Shown one piece after another: positions 13,134-25,130 of a stretch of DNA of 64,000 nt. Source of the DNA: Microbotryum violaceum (taxonomy: Eukaryota); contig CDLV01000016.1 in NCBI GenBank assembly GCA_001244265.2, forward strand, positions 558,001 through 622,000, in the 5' to 3' direction. Below the pieces are notes generated by a model, which was given only the letters and a program-made list of their open reading frames with translations, made no database searches and was not told the DNA's origin. Position numbers and translations under genes: made by a program. The stretch's first letter is position 1. Every line of letters begins with the position of its first letter.

Positions 13134-14682
13134 CGGCCTATCGAAAGTGGCTTGCGGCGCGCGTCGCTTCGGCTGGTGTTGCGCATGGCTCCACGCTTCA
13201 AACAAGCCTTGCTTGCTTTGCTGGCTGGCTCGCTGCTTCGTTGTCAGACTTCCTTTTTGCTGAAGTTGAGCTCCTTGTTTCTGCGGTGGCATTTGTGCGG
13301 CTTGTAGAGGTTCTGCCGGTGGCACCTCGCAGGCCGGGCACGCTCCGAAGGGCGGCAAAGCTTTGCTCGGCATGTGCGCTCGTGCTGATTAGGCGCTCGT
13401 CCGGGTAACATGAGGTAAGGTCCGTGGTTGAACAATATGTAGTCGTTGACGGGCCTAATAACTCGATGACCTGTCGACCATCAATCATGCGGAACGGCAT
13501 AGTGCCATCAATGAGGTGTGTGGAATAACATGTTTTCTTGATGAGGCGAAGCTCCTGTACGACAACATTTGAGAGTAGAACCAACGAGGCGAGCGTGTCT
13601 TGGTTGAAGTGGTTTGTTGTCACTCTGCTGTAGATGTGTCGCACTGTAGGACACAAGACTTGTGTCAAACAAGAACTTCCTCAACTGCCACTCAAAACAA
13701 CGCGCGTACTAACTCCAATAGACAGCGCTTCTTCTCCATAAACAGTTTGATTGCAGCTGAGTGAATGCATGCTACACTTGAGGCCAAAGTAGATCAGAGA
13801 TCCAATCTCCAATGGTGTGGCAGCGGTTACAGCTCCGTCAAGCGATCCAAAATGAGGATAGCGTTGTGCTAGCGCTCCATACTGCTTGTCTCTCTCAGGG
13901 AACTTTTCCTGAAAGTATAGGACCGGCAAAACATTAGATAGTTGCCTTTGTTCCTAAATTCAGCAACAGCTCACTTGAATGCGGCCATCCTCAATATAGG
14001 CGTTCTTCTGAATCTCGTTCAAGCTCCTCGTCGTGCCCGCCATGTCTTCGCAGCGAGATGGTCTCATGGACTGTACCAACCCTTTCAAGACGCATGAATG
14101 TGTTGTACTGCGTCCTTCCTCTGTATTGCTAACCCCTACGCCTGCCTCTCCGCGAGTTGGTTTGCTCGATTCCATCCGCCTCCCTTGAGTAGAACAGCTT
14201 AATGGGCAATCAGGTTGGCCAGTTCAGCGAGAAATTGGTATCGCAAGCATCGACAACTTGAGGCGGAAGTTTCAAGTGTGTGGGCTGTGTAGACCCAAAT
14301 ACGCGTGAGCCTAGACCAAAATTTCGATAGTTGAGCTTGGTAGACGCACGATTGGTTGTGAGAAGCTGTTTGCCTTCTCAATGGCCTCGAGTAGATGATA
14401 AGGTTCAATAGTGGGTGAGCTCGTCTTTGGACAACTCGATGTGAAGAGACGCGTCGGCGGGAGCGACATCAAAGGCGAGGAGCTCGGCGATCATCATGTT
14501 CATGTTGGTGAGCGGCAATAATCAATCGAAGGCATCGTTCAAGGCCTGCGTGAGATGATGTTGTTGTGCTATGCTCCAATCTCGGACCAAAGTGAAGCGG
14601 AACGGAACCTGCGCCACTTCAATATCTAATCGGCCTAATCCCTCACAGCCACTTAACTCAAGTGATTACGGAAGATGGCTAG
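13134..14682. repeat. Dispersed repeat 'B' copy 1 (~1.55 kb), possibly a second Helitron family with a decayed minus-strand ORF
   Basis: Collinear with 16570-18212. Similarity ends just after CTAG|T, which is preceded by a short CACTT...AAGTG stem. Confidence 0.6.
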
Positions 14683-14789
14683 TACTAAGTGACTTGTTCA
14701 AGCGCGAGCATCGCAAAACGCGTCTCGAAGCGAAGGGGCCCAAAGTCATGCCGTAGGCTGCTCAGGGTAGGCCAAAATTGGGCCGACTC

Positions 14790-14957
14790 ACGAGAAAATG
14801 TCAAATTCTAGACATGCGCCTCGGGGGCGAAACGTGTGTTTCGTTCCAAAATGTAAATTCTTTGCAATGAGCCTCGATGATTTTCAGGATTTTGGGTCCT
14901 CAAAATGTCAAAAAATAAAATAAAAAAATGCGCCTCCGGCTGGGCTTTCGGGGGTCC
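14790..14957. mobile_element. Right end of a GGACCC-terminus (Mutator-like) element
   Basis: CGCCTCCGGCTGGGCTTTCGGGGGTCC matches the TIR of the MITE at 31050-31305. A matching left end lies at ~16362-16391. Confidence 0.55.
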
Positions 14958-16360
14958 TGTTGTGGGCGTGTCGGTCTCGGCCAGGTGGTAGGCAGAGGCG
15001 CAGGACCCTCTTTGGCCGTAGCCCAACCTGCGCGAGCTTTGGCCGATGTGAACTCCCTCACAAAGTGATTTTTGGTGTCGGTGGCCTCGGCCGGGTCGAT
15101 GAGCCATATCTGGGCCAAGGCTGGACGTTGATTGATGGTAGGAATCAGGGCGGCGAGTCGATGATGAAAGCAACCAAAAAAGCAAAATGTGCGGGGTCCT
15201 TGAGTGCCTGGTCAAGTCCGGTCAAAGTGGGCAGCCAGCGAGCAAAGTGAACGACAGCGCGTTGCTGTATGACTGTCACAAACGGGATCTTGCGACTTGT
15301 GCCCTTGGCTCACGTGACCTCGGCTCGCTTCGAGTACGGGTCCTTGCTTCAGTATGATCGCACATGATCACGTCTTGATCACATGATCTCGCTTCGCTTA
15401 CATCATCAGCTCACTTGGTCTCATGGTCTCACTTCGGGTACATTTATTGTACACGTGTTCTCGCCTGGTCCACGTGATCTGGCTCGGTCATATGACTCCG
15501 TTTGGCTCTTATCATCTCACTTGATGCACATGAATTCGTTTCATGGGCACGTGTTCCTTTGCATTCTATCCTGTGCATAAAAAGTGTCCAGTGTGATAGC
15601 TTGTTTCTCTTTCTCTTTTCTGCAACTCGAATCTTGCAAAAGGTCACATCCTTGCTCTCGGCCCTCGTCCTCGCCTCTCTCGGGAAGTCCTTGGAACATC
15701 TCACAACTTGTCCCTCGTCCCTCGCCTTGAGCCCCTACGTCCGGCTCACCTCTCCTATCTCTTTGCCCCTTTGTGATAATGACCGGGCATTCTCGCGGAA
15801 CGCCGGAATGCCTTAGCTTCTGTGTAGGTGGGTCGCATGCTTCAGCATGTGGGTCTACTACAGACAATTGTTGTTGGACGGAGCAACTGACCGCTATCCG
15901 AGCCTTCAAGTAGCTATTGATACTCGGGATTGGGCCGGAGAGAGGAGGTAGCTGCACCTTACCCTGCAAGCAGCACATGCTGAAGTGCCCGGTTTGTCCT
16001 TTGCACTCCCAGTGTTGAGCCTTGCAGTGGGCACACACGGCCATCTGGGGCCAAGGTAGTCGCAAATGGGAACCTGGGGCTTGAGTGGTTTGAGCTTGAT
16101 TTGAGGCCTGCGCACTTGCCTCTGCACAAGAAGAGGTGGTGGTGGGGCAAGCTCAGCGTCGGATCGGCCATCGGGCCCTCGCGCTGACCACGCTGTTCGT
16201 TCTACAAAGCTGTACGGCGGACGCTTATACGGGTCGTAATACCAACATCGGTCGAGTGGTTGTCATCACGCATGGGGAGCTGATTCTGTTGATTGGAGCG
16301 GGACAAAGAGGAGAGTTGAGCAGCTGGCTCAGCAGCATGCTAGCAGACGCTCGAGCAAGC
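14958..16360 (-). mobile_element. Helitron copy 1, 5' part (RepHel N-terminal relic), split by a solo LTR
   Basis: CAHCKAQHWE...FSMCCLQGKVQLPPL Cys motif and AQIWLIDPAEAT. Collinear with 21287-21940. Confidence 0.75.
15274..15778. mobile_element. Solo LTR (505 bp) with 5-bp TSD ATGAC
   Basis: TGTCACAAA...TTTGTGATA, with ATGAC at 15269-15273 and 15779-15783. A related truncated copy lies at 24715-~25130. Confidence 0.85.
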
Positions 16361-16569
16361 TAGCACCCCAGAAAGCCCAGCCAGAGGCGCATGTGGAAAA
16401 ACACCCTTTTTTGGCCTTTTTGTCAAAGTTTTTTACCCTATTTTGGCCCCAAAATGTCAAAATTTCACATGCGCCTCTGAAATATTATCAAAATGTGTTC
16501 TACATGCTCAAAAAAAAACAACGCTCAAAAGTCCTCAAAAACGCGTTCCGAGCGTTTGCGGGTGCGCGG

Positions 16570-18212
16570 CGGCCAATCGAAAGTGGCTTGCGGCGCGCGT
16601 CGCTTTGGTTGGTGTTACGCGTGGCTCCAGGCATCAAACAAGCCTGCCTTGCTTGGCTGGCAGGCTCGCTACTTCATTGTCAGAATCGGTTTGCTGAACT
16701 TGAGCTTTTTGTATCCGCCGCGGCATTTGCAGCTTGTAGAGGTTCTGCCGACGGCATCTTGCAGGCCGGGCACGCTCCGAAGGGGGGCAAATCTTTGCTC
16801 GGCATTTGCGCTTGTGCTGATTATGCGCTTGTTGTGGTAAAGTGAGGTAAGGTCCATGATTGAACTATATGTGATTTTTGGCTAATGACTCGATGACCTG
16901 TTGACCATCAATCATGCGGAACGGCATAGTGCCATCAATTTTTTTTTTTTTTTTTATCTAATAGATTTCATTAACAGCATATCTATATTAATGCCTAAAA
17001 ATCCTCGGAAAAGACGGAGGGAATGCAGTTAAGCACACTGGCGAGGCCAGTAGTGTGGGACTCGTTGACCTTGGAACAAAATCAACCATACCCACTAAAA
17101 CCCCCTTAGGCGGTTACAGCGAAACCAGTCGATGAGGTGAATGGAAGAGCAAGCTTTCTTGATGAGGCAAAGCTCCTGTACAACAATATTTAAGTACAAA
17201 CAACGACGCAAGCGCGCTGTTGTCACTTTGCTGTAGATGTATCGCACTGTAGCAGACAAAACCTGTGTCAAGTGAGAACATCACCGCTCAACTGCCATTC
17301 AAGGCATCGTACCAATTCCAATGGATAGCGCTTCTTCTCCATAGGCAGTTTGATCGCAGCTGAGTGAATGCATGCCACGCTGGAGGCCAAAGCAGACCAG
17401 AGATCCAATCTCTCATGTTGTGGTAGTGGTTACAGCTCCGCCGTCAAGCAATCCAAAATGAGGATAGCGTTGTGCTAGCGCTCCGTCTGCTTGTTTCTCC
17501 AAACATTAGATCCAGTTGCCTTCACTCCTCAATTCAGTGACAACTCACTTGAATGACGCCATCCTCAGTATGGACATTCTTCTGTATCCTTGTGTGTTGT
17601 GAGTGCTCAGGCCATCTGGTCACCTCCACCCCATGTCTTTGCAGCAAGATGGTCCCATGGACTGTACCAACCCTTTCAAGACGCATGAATGTGCTGTACT
17701 GCGTCCTTCCTTTGTATTGCTAACCCCTACGCTTGCCTCTCCGCAAGTTGGGTTGCTTGATTCCACCGGCCTCGCTTGAGTAGAACAGCTTGAGGTGGCT
17801 AGACTTATGAGCAGCTTGATGGGCAATCAGGTTGGCCAGTTCAGTGAGAAATTGGTATCACGAGCATCAACAACTTGAGGCGCAGTTGAAGTTTCAAGTG
17901 TGTGGGCTGTGTAGAACTGAACACGCGTGAGCTTAGACCGAAATTTCGATAGTTGAGCTTGGTAGACGCACAATTGGTCGTGAGAAGCTGTTTGCCTTCT
18001 CAACAGCCTCGAGTAAATGACAAGGTTGAGTACTGGGTGTGCTAACCCCCTAACCCCAAACCAAATATAGGCCTACATGGGATGATGTTGTTGTGCTATG
18101 CTCCAATCTTGGACCAAAGTTGGTGAAGCGGAACGGAACCTGCGCCCCTTCAATATCTAATTGGCCTACCCCTCATAGCCACTTAACTCAAGTGATTACC
18201 AAAGATGGCTAG
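16570..18212. repeat. Dispersed repeat 'B' copy 2
   Basis: Collinear with 13134-14682; ends in CTAG|T; carries an extra poly(T)-headed insertion. Confidence 0.6.
16939..17128 (-). mobile_element. Short poly(A)-tailed retroposed insertion (SINE or LINE 3' end)
   Basis: T17 at 16939-16955 followed by ~175 nt that are absent from the paralogous site in repeat B copy 1 (GCCATCAATGAGG, ~13504). Confidence 0.65.
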
Positions 18213-19586
18213 TAATATCCAATGCGAGGATACTTTCCCTTCACCGGACGTGATTATGGTTCACCCTTTTATTGGACAAAATGCCCGCCTATGGAATGCA
18301 ATCCATGACAATCTTGACCTGGTTGCCAAAGGGGTACTTCTCATACTTGTCCATTGCCCACTTGAGACATGCTAGCTCAAGCAGAAACACTGGGTACACT
18401 TTCTCAGCTGCCGATGTTGCCCTCGAGGCAAATGCGATTGGGTGGGTCCTAGTCACCGTTTCTCCTGTTCCGGAATGGGTGTACGTGAAGTGTTGTGACA
18501 ATGTGGCCCCCATCCCTTTCTTGCTGGTATCCATCTCAACAATGAAGGGCTGGTTCCAGTCTGGCGATCGCGAGATGGGGAACATTGATAAGGCCCTTTT
18601 GATTGCCGAGAATGCTCCTTCTTGCTCTGGTCCCCAATTCCAGTCCATAGGTTGAGTTTTCATTGCCCTCTTGTAAGCCCCTCTTGCGGTCAAGCCGTTC
18701 TTCCAGCAGGCAGATTGTTCCACTCAGACACCACGTGTGAGTGCCAAAAGAGGCACGGAGATCGCCGCAAAACCCTTGATGAGTTTATGGTAGTACCCCA
18801 CAAAATTGAGTAAACTTGAGACCTCCCAAGGCGTGTTTGGTCTGGGCCAGTCAATGACTGCTTGTACCTTCGCCTTGTCAGGTTCTCTGCCCTTGGCGGA
18901 GAGGTGGGATCCCCACCATACGGCCAACGACTGTGCAAATGTGCATTTTGCGGGGTTGAGGGATAGCTTGTGCTCTCGGCAAGTCTCCAGTATGAACCGA
19001 ATCCTTTCCAGTTGTTTGTCCAAGGTGTTGGTTGAGGTTGCAAGATCATCCATCCAGGCTTCAATAGTGGTACCAATTGCTGGGCCAAAGGCGGTGGCAA
19101 TGAGTTCACAGAATGTCGTGGGGGGGGGGGGCACCTTTCAGACCAAAGGGCATGACATTGTACACAAAATACCTGTGGCTTTTGACACGGAAGGTGGTTT
19201 TAGCACATCCTCTTTGTCCATGCCTATTGCAAAATAGCCTGAATGCATGTCGAGGCATGTGATGATGATTTTCCCACAAGCCTCTCCGTCATTGCGTCAA
19301 GGTCGCCAATAGGGAACACCATATTTGTGGTTGCGTTGTTAACCTGGAGGTAAGCATGAACCAATCGGAACTCTGGCGCTTTTGCTTTGTCATGGGGGAA
19401 CTCGTACAGCTTTTGTTCTCCGCCCCTGTCCAAGAGTGATTTTGCGACTGCTTCCTCAAGCGTCTCCTTGAGCTCTGCTTTGGACTTTGAGACCGCTGTC
19501 AAATCCTTCTTTGGGACAACACGGGAGTTTGCCCACCATGTGACATCATTCCTGTCAACTTCCCGGACAGTTCCAGCGGCCAGCAT
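18213..19586 (-). pseudogene. Degenerate Ty3/Gypsy RT-RNase H fragment
   Basis: FRLVHAY, AWMDDL, LSLNPAKC, VIDWPRP, FIVEMDTS..GMGATLSQ, HPIAFASR, LELACLKWA; frameshifted. Confidence 0.8.
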
Positions 19587-19770
19587 TATGAAGTTGTGAC
19601 GCCTGCTCAAGCAGTGGTAAGTCTCTGAGGACCAAGGGAGACCAGACCAAGAAGTTGCTTGAGCAGGAGAGAAACCGGTGTGGAGCCAGCTGGCTAGGCC
19701 CGTGCCCACCCAGAGTCAGGCGCACGGACCAGGCTCAGAGTGGGAGAGCTAGAGTGGTGAAAAGTAGGAA
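19587..19770 (-). mobile_element. Copia family C LTR fragment (short form)
   Basis: Matches 42706-42920. Confidence 0.75.
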
Positions 19771-19994
19771 AATGGGTTAATGCTGTGAGCAAATGGTGCA
19801 ATTACCAATTACGCGCGCACATTTACTCCCGAAGCTTGACCCATCTACCCAGGTAGTAAGGTGCAAAGTTCACTTACAAATGGTGCATTCTTTGCGTAAG
19901 TTTGGTGCGTTTGCTCCGGAAGAAAGGTGCATTTACCAATTAAGGGTGTGTTCGGCTGGAAAAGCACTTTTAGGACCTTTCACTTTTAGCTGAA

Positions 19995-22584
19995 CCAGTG
20001 GGAACCCGTTAAATTAACGGGAGGATCAAATTCAAAAAAAAGCAGGATAATTGAACAGTCTACATGATCTCAGCGCAGAGGTTAAGAAAACACCCTATAA
20101 AGTACAGCAAAGAAACAAATCCATTCATCCTACATTCATTGCCAAAACAGCCTGCATGTCGCTTGCTGCCAGACTTGGCTTCAAACACTAGTGCAATGAG
20201 ATCCGGACGGTTGCATGCTTTGTTGTTTGGCCCCAGTGCAGCCTTGGTTTGCGGTGATTCAGGAACGCACTTCATCGTGATGATCAGCGGAGGCTTTCCA
20301 TGTTTGACAACGCACGCCATCGCATCCTGGTATCGCTGCTACGCAATGTCGCGTGGTCTATTCTTGAACGTCAAGCCCAAAGTCATTGAATGTCCAATTT
20401 GATTTGGGGTCAAGCCGTTGATGCCTTGGGTCGTGGTGAGGCGTAGGTTCTCTTGATGCAACCGGATGTGTTGAGTCAATCTGTCTCAACTTGGGAGTAT
20501 ATTTGTAAATCACAAACTCCAGGAAGGGACACTGGGTGCAATGCGGGATTGAGAAGTACTCGCCGCGTTTGGCAATTAGTGCACAAAGAATTGTGAACGC
20601 GAGACTTGCCACCTCAACCCCTTTACTCGACCTTCGTCCTAGGTGTTCAAAAGTTCAATGTCAGTCTGTGCTTGTGCCTTGAACAGAATGGAGCATCCAA
20701 GAAAGAGCCGAAGACGCATACGTTCACCATCACCATTCTCTTTGTCCCCCGCCGTCTTCATCCTCATTGTCACAGTCTTCGTCCTCCTCTTCGCCTTCGT
20801 CAGCAAGACCGAGACCGGCATGTACCTCCCATGATTGGACCCCATTGTCGATCTGCTCTCGGTTTCTGGCAATTGGCAGCCCAGCTTAGCGAAACCCGCA
20901 AAGAGAAATGTTGGGGTGGAAGCCATCTTCCCCTGCAGGAAATAGTAGTGGCTACCGGAGAGGCAATGCAGACGGATGGAGCGAGCTGATGACTTGGTAC
21001 TTGGGCCAACCATCGGGACATTGATCACCGTGCACCTGGAGAATAAGGTCTTGACATCCACAATCTCCCGTGTTGGTGTCGGAATCACAGATAAGCATCT
21101 TCATTTCCATGCTTGACGTAGGAAGGTTGGGTGCGTGTAAGGCCCCAGCGTTGGGCCTTGCAGGTGACAGGATACGAGTATGTATTCCAAAGAATAAACT
21201 GGTCGGAAAGGAAGAGAGGCCCTACTTTCCGGCAATGCCTAAGGCCAGACGCGCATCGGGCCTTTGAGTAACTACAGAGTATTACAGTGCGTTGGTCCCG
21301 GCCTGGCGGGAAGCAGAGGCGCAGGATCCACTCTTTGGCCGTATCCCAACCTGCGCAAGCTTTGGCCTATGCAAACTCCCTCACAAAGCGATTGCCGGTG
21401 CGCAGGATGGAATCGAGCTTGGTCAAAGTAGATTGTTGCATGCAACTGTCTGCGCCGTTGGGTCCAAGTTGAGTGTCGGTGGCCTCAGCCGGGTGGATGA
21501 GCCATGTTTGAGCAAAGGCTGGGCGTTGATTCACGGCATGGATCAGGGCGCCAAGTCGATGGTAGAGGCAACCAAACACGCGAAACACGGGGGGTCCTAG
21601 TTCCCAGTGCCGAGCCTTGCAGTGGGTGCACACGGCCGTCTGGGGGCCAAGGTTGTTGCGGATTGAAACGTGGGGCTTGAGGGGTTTGAGCGTGATTCGA
21701 GCCCGGTGCACTCGCCTTTGCAGAGGAGGTGGTGGTGGGGCGAGCCCAGCGTCAAGTTGGCCATTGCGCTGACCACACTGTCCATTATGCACAGTTGCAC
21801 AGCGGGCTTGTATACGTATTGTAATGCCAAGATTGGTTGAATTGTTGTCATAATGCGCAGGGGGCTGATTCTGTTGATTGGGGCGGGACAAAGAGGAGGG
21901 TCGAGCCGCGGGGCGCCCAGCAGCGGGCGCTCGAGCAGGCCCATGGTACTCCCATGGTACGGCGCTACCCTTGCGCCCAAGACTTGGCGAGGTTGCAATG
22001 GCCCTCCCTGGCGACCTTGGGACCGGGGCATCACACAGTAGCGAAGGTTTGTTCTTGAATGAGTGTCACTAAAATTGGATGAGAGTGGGAGGGAGAAAGG
22101 AAAGGTTTGAGGGAGTGGCACAGGATTATTTATGTGGTTTGTTTTGTTGTTTAGCCCCTAATGCCGGTGGTCAACTGCCAGACGGGCAATGACACGGCGG
22201 GCGCGCCGCATCACGTGACAAATGTTAGCCCTTGCCCCGCGCATCAGCCGCCAGGCGCCAGGCGGTGCTGTAGAAGCAATGTCATGCGAAGCCACACACT
22301 TGCCGTCCATTAAATGCAATATAAGTGTAAGCATTGTTTGACGTCAACTGAAAAAGGAAAGAAAATACTGGGAGCGCTGTAGCTTTGTTGGAACGGCGCG
22401 GAAAATACAAAAGTCACCACAGGGCTTGTACATGACTTCTGATCAGAACCCCAACGCCACAGGCAGGTGCGGCAGACACAACAGTATGCTGGAACATCCA
22501 CCACAGGCGGCCCTCCGGGCCGCAACCTAGTTAAAAACAGTGATTTTAGGTACATTCCTTAACTTGCCTTTTTATATATATAGA
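19995..22584 (-). mobile_element. Helitron copy 2, internally deleted (~2.6 kb, no helicase domain seen)
   Basis: Same 3' hairpin plus CTGG|T at 19995. Motifs GPPVFRVFGCLYHRLGAL...PAFAQ, ISSLHPS...PLLFPAGEDGFH and the DAMA...GKP motif. Probable 5' end TCTATATATATAAAA at 22584 (less certain, since it is preceded by C rather than A). Confidence 0.8.
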
Positions 22585-22622
22585 GGTAGTAAAGCGGCGC
22601 GCGCTGCGGTTAAGGTCCACTT

Positions 22623-23105
22623 TTAGCAGCCAAACACCTCACATTTAGGAACCGCTTTCAAGGCGCAAACAGCAAGGTGAGTCACTGTTGTAGGACATGG
22701 GTTTTGTACCTTGTACACTTGCAATGCCAATGGTCTGACCATGGACAAAGGTACGGGAGTGTGCTCCATGAGCCAGAGAGCTTTCACTTGGCGTCGGCTA
22801 CAGCTCTCTTTGCGCTCAGGGTGTTGCTTCACTATTGCAGCAACAATGATGTTCCAGGCTGGAAGCTTCAGAGGAAGCTCAGGGGAGAGCATGTTGTTGC
22901 CATAGAGATGGACCAAAAAGGTGGTCTGCGCAACGGACCAGTTCTCCACTCGTGTCCTGGCCCCTCTCGACTTGCTTTTGCTCTTGCCCTTGCTTGTGTT
23001 GCTTTTGTTCTTTTTGCACAAAGTGTTTGAGTGAGCGGAGTGCTCAGAGTTGTTCTTGCTGTTGTCGTTGCTTGCGGAGTGTGATAAGGTGGATTTCTTG
23101 GCCAT
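22623..23105 (-). CDS. Myb/SANT-like protein fragment, probable PIF/Harbinger accessory ORF (likely truncated)
   Basis: Basic N-terminus then RVENWSVAQTTFLVHLY...AWNIIVAAI...SRRQVKALW, a trihelix-like Trp spacing, located inside PIF TIRs. Confidence 0.55.
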   Translation of the reverse strand: MAKKSTLSHSASNDNSKNNSEHSAHSNTLCKKNKSNTSKGKSKSKSRGARTRVENWSVAQTTFLVHLYGNNMLSPELPLKLPAWNIIVAAIVKQHPERKESCSRRQVKALWLMEHTPVPLSMVRPLALQVYKVQNPCPTTVTHLAVCALKAVPKCEVFGC

Positions 23106-23134
23106 GGTGGACAGCGTACTGCATGATGGTCATT

Positions 23135-24020
23135 TAGTGAATCTATTATTAAAGAATGTTTAGATTTATAGGAGAATGATAAAGAAAAATGAAAAAAATT
23201 ATGATTGAATAAAGCTGCGGAACCGGTACAGTTCTTAAGTTGTATTTTAGCAGTTAAAAAAGATTAAGACCATTATAATTTAAATTTTATAATATTAATA
23301 AATTTGTTGTTTGAGGAGGTTTTAGTGTAAATAATGCAACATTCTTATTTTTTTCTAAAACCTAATTCAATTAATAGATCTTTAGAATAGTTACCACTAA
23401 GGAATGTTACAGCCATTAAACTTAATGAACCAATCAAGATTGCGAGGTATGTCGAATAAGAGGGTGGATTGCAGGAACTACTCTGTTACAGAGTCAATCT
23501 GCAGCCACATTCATTTTGTTTGCTATTGCATTTCCTAGTTTCAAATTACTTTATTTACTTTTATTTTCATCCCGACTCTTTAGTTTTCCCGCAGCGCGCT
23601 TTATTTTCTTTTTTTAGACAAAAACCAAAAACAGAAACAGCCCCTTTTTTGTCGCCCATTTGTATTTCGAAATAAAAAAGCTAAAGCAAATAGGGAGGAC
23701 ATTGAAAAGTAGTGGATGTTTGTTTTATCAAATTTTTAGCTAAATTAAGTTGTGCTAATTATACGTTGCCTAGAACGTTTCTCCAACTTCTTCAAATAGG
23801 TTCATAAATAAACAAAGGAGGCTGTCTTTATTTTACTCCCGTATTAAAAGTCAAGCCCAACTATCTTTTACTAGTCCATTGACTGAATTAATTGTTTACG
23901 GAGTAATTGTAGGGATTTTATTATCAGATGGTTGAATGCAGCGAGTTAATCCAAAAGGACAGGCACGATTAGCCTTTAAACAGTCAAGTGTGAAATTTAC
24001 TTGATTTTACTATGTATGAT
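23135..24020 (+). other. Probable NUMT: mitochondrial group I intron piece with a LAGLIDADG homing endonuclease fragment
   Basis: Abruptly AT-rich. From 23903 it reads VIVGILLSDGWMQRVNPKGQARLAFKQSSVKFTWFYYV only if TGA=Trp. P- and Q-like elements GATTGCAGGAA (23467) and AATCTGCAGC (23496). Confidence 0.8.
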
Positions 24021-24714
24021 GGACTACATCAGCTTAGCCTGATGGATGACACAACAAAGGCCAACCAACGTGTCTGTGAGTTTTTTTTTGTATCAAGCCT
24101 GATTAGATTTCACATTTGGGTTACCTACGCACGTGAGCCAATGCTGCCACCGAGGCGGCCTGGGCGGTCCGAGCACGTCCCAGCAACCTGCCAGCCTAAG
24201 GGGGTCAAAGCTCAGAGTGCGTCCCTAAAAGTGCTAAAAGTGCTAAAAGTGGCCTCAGACCACTTTTAAGGAATGGTCCCTAAAAGTGACTTTTAGCAAC
24301 ACAACCGTACACACCACTTTTAGGGAGGCTTTCAGAATGGCTGAGGATTTCCCTAAAAGTGCAGCTGAACACACCCTAAGGATGGTGCATCTACCACGTA
24401 GCAGGGCACTCCGCTGTATCTTGCGTAGTATGCCATGTATCACCCTAAAACTTGACGAGGCCTTTTACATGACCACCAAGTACGTCCACAGTAAGAAGCA
24501 CTCTTACCAGGGCCTCATGTAGTTGGAAATTGTGCCTGCACCCCCGGCTCTCGTCCCAACCCCGGACCGAGTAATCCCCCCCCCCCCACACACACCCTAG
24601 GCTGCAATACAATGACTAAGACAATCAATCATCTCAAAGCTGCTGGATGTGTCCCTATGGGGTGGGACACCTTGTATAGCATTCCTTGCCGTATTTCCTG
24701 CCTCAGCAACTTGG

Positions 24715-25130
24715 TGTCACGAATGGAAGCTTGCCACTCCGAGTTTGGCCTCTCAGCACTCTTGTCATCCGCATGACCTCGGCCACTCCTTGGCCTTCCC
24801 GCACCTCAGACCTCCTCTCCCCGCTTTGGCACCTGCACTGCTTTCTTCTTCTCCAACTAAACACTCACAACCCTCTCGCCCCCGACTCTTTTGTGATCAT
24901 CAACCAAGCTCTATTACGTGATCCTTGTGCCTCGCCTCCTCAAGCTCGCCACCTTGTCCCCAGCTCCTCTGGTCTAGTTCCCCCTTTCCGTAGCTTACTT
25001 CTCTCTCTCCCTTCTGCAACTCAAATCTCGTCAAAGGTCACATCCTTGCGCTTGTCCCTTGTCCTTGTCTCTCTTGAGAAGTCACTAGAACCTCTCTCAA
25101 CTTGTCCCTCGTCCCAAGCCCCTTCGACTT
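24715..25130. mobile_element. Truncated LTR related to the solo LTR at 15274-15778
   Basis: TGTCACGAA start; shared TTCTGCAACTC...AAAGGTCACATCCTTGC...CAACTTGTCCCTCGTCCC block. Confidence 0.65.

Larger units (their letters stand above)
19944..24376. mobile_element. PIF/Harbinger-type DNA transposon (TIR GGGTGTGTTCRGCTG, TSD TAA) containing a nested Helitron and a mitochondrial insert
   Basis: TAA|GGGTGTGTTCGGCTG at 19941-19958 and CAGCTGAACACACCC|TAA at 24362-24379. Subterminal CACTTTTAG/CTAAAAGTG repeats at both ends. Myb-like ORF inside. Confidence 0.75.

Noticed and set aside
23420..23460. Mitochondrial LSU rRNA exon before the intron core
   Set aside because: The resemblance is too short to support without an alignment.
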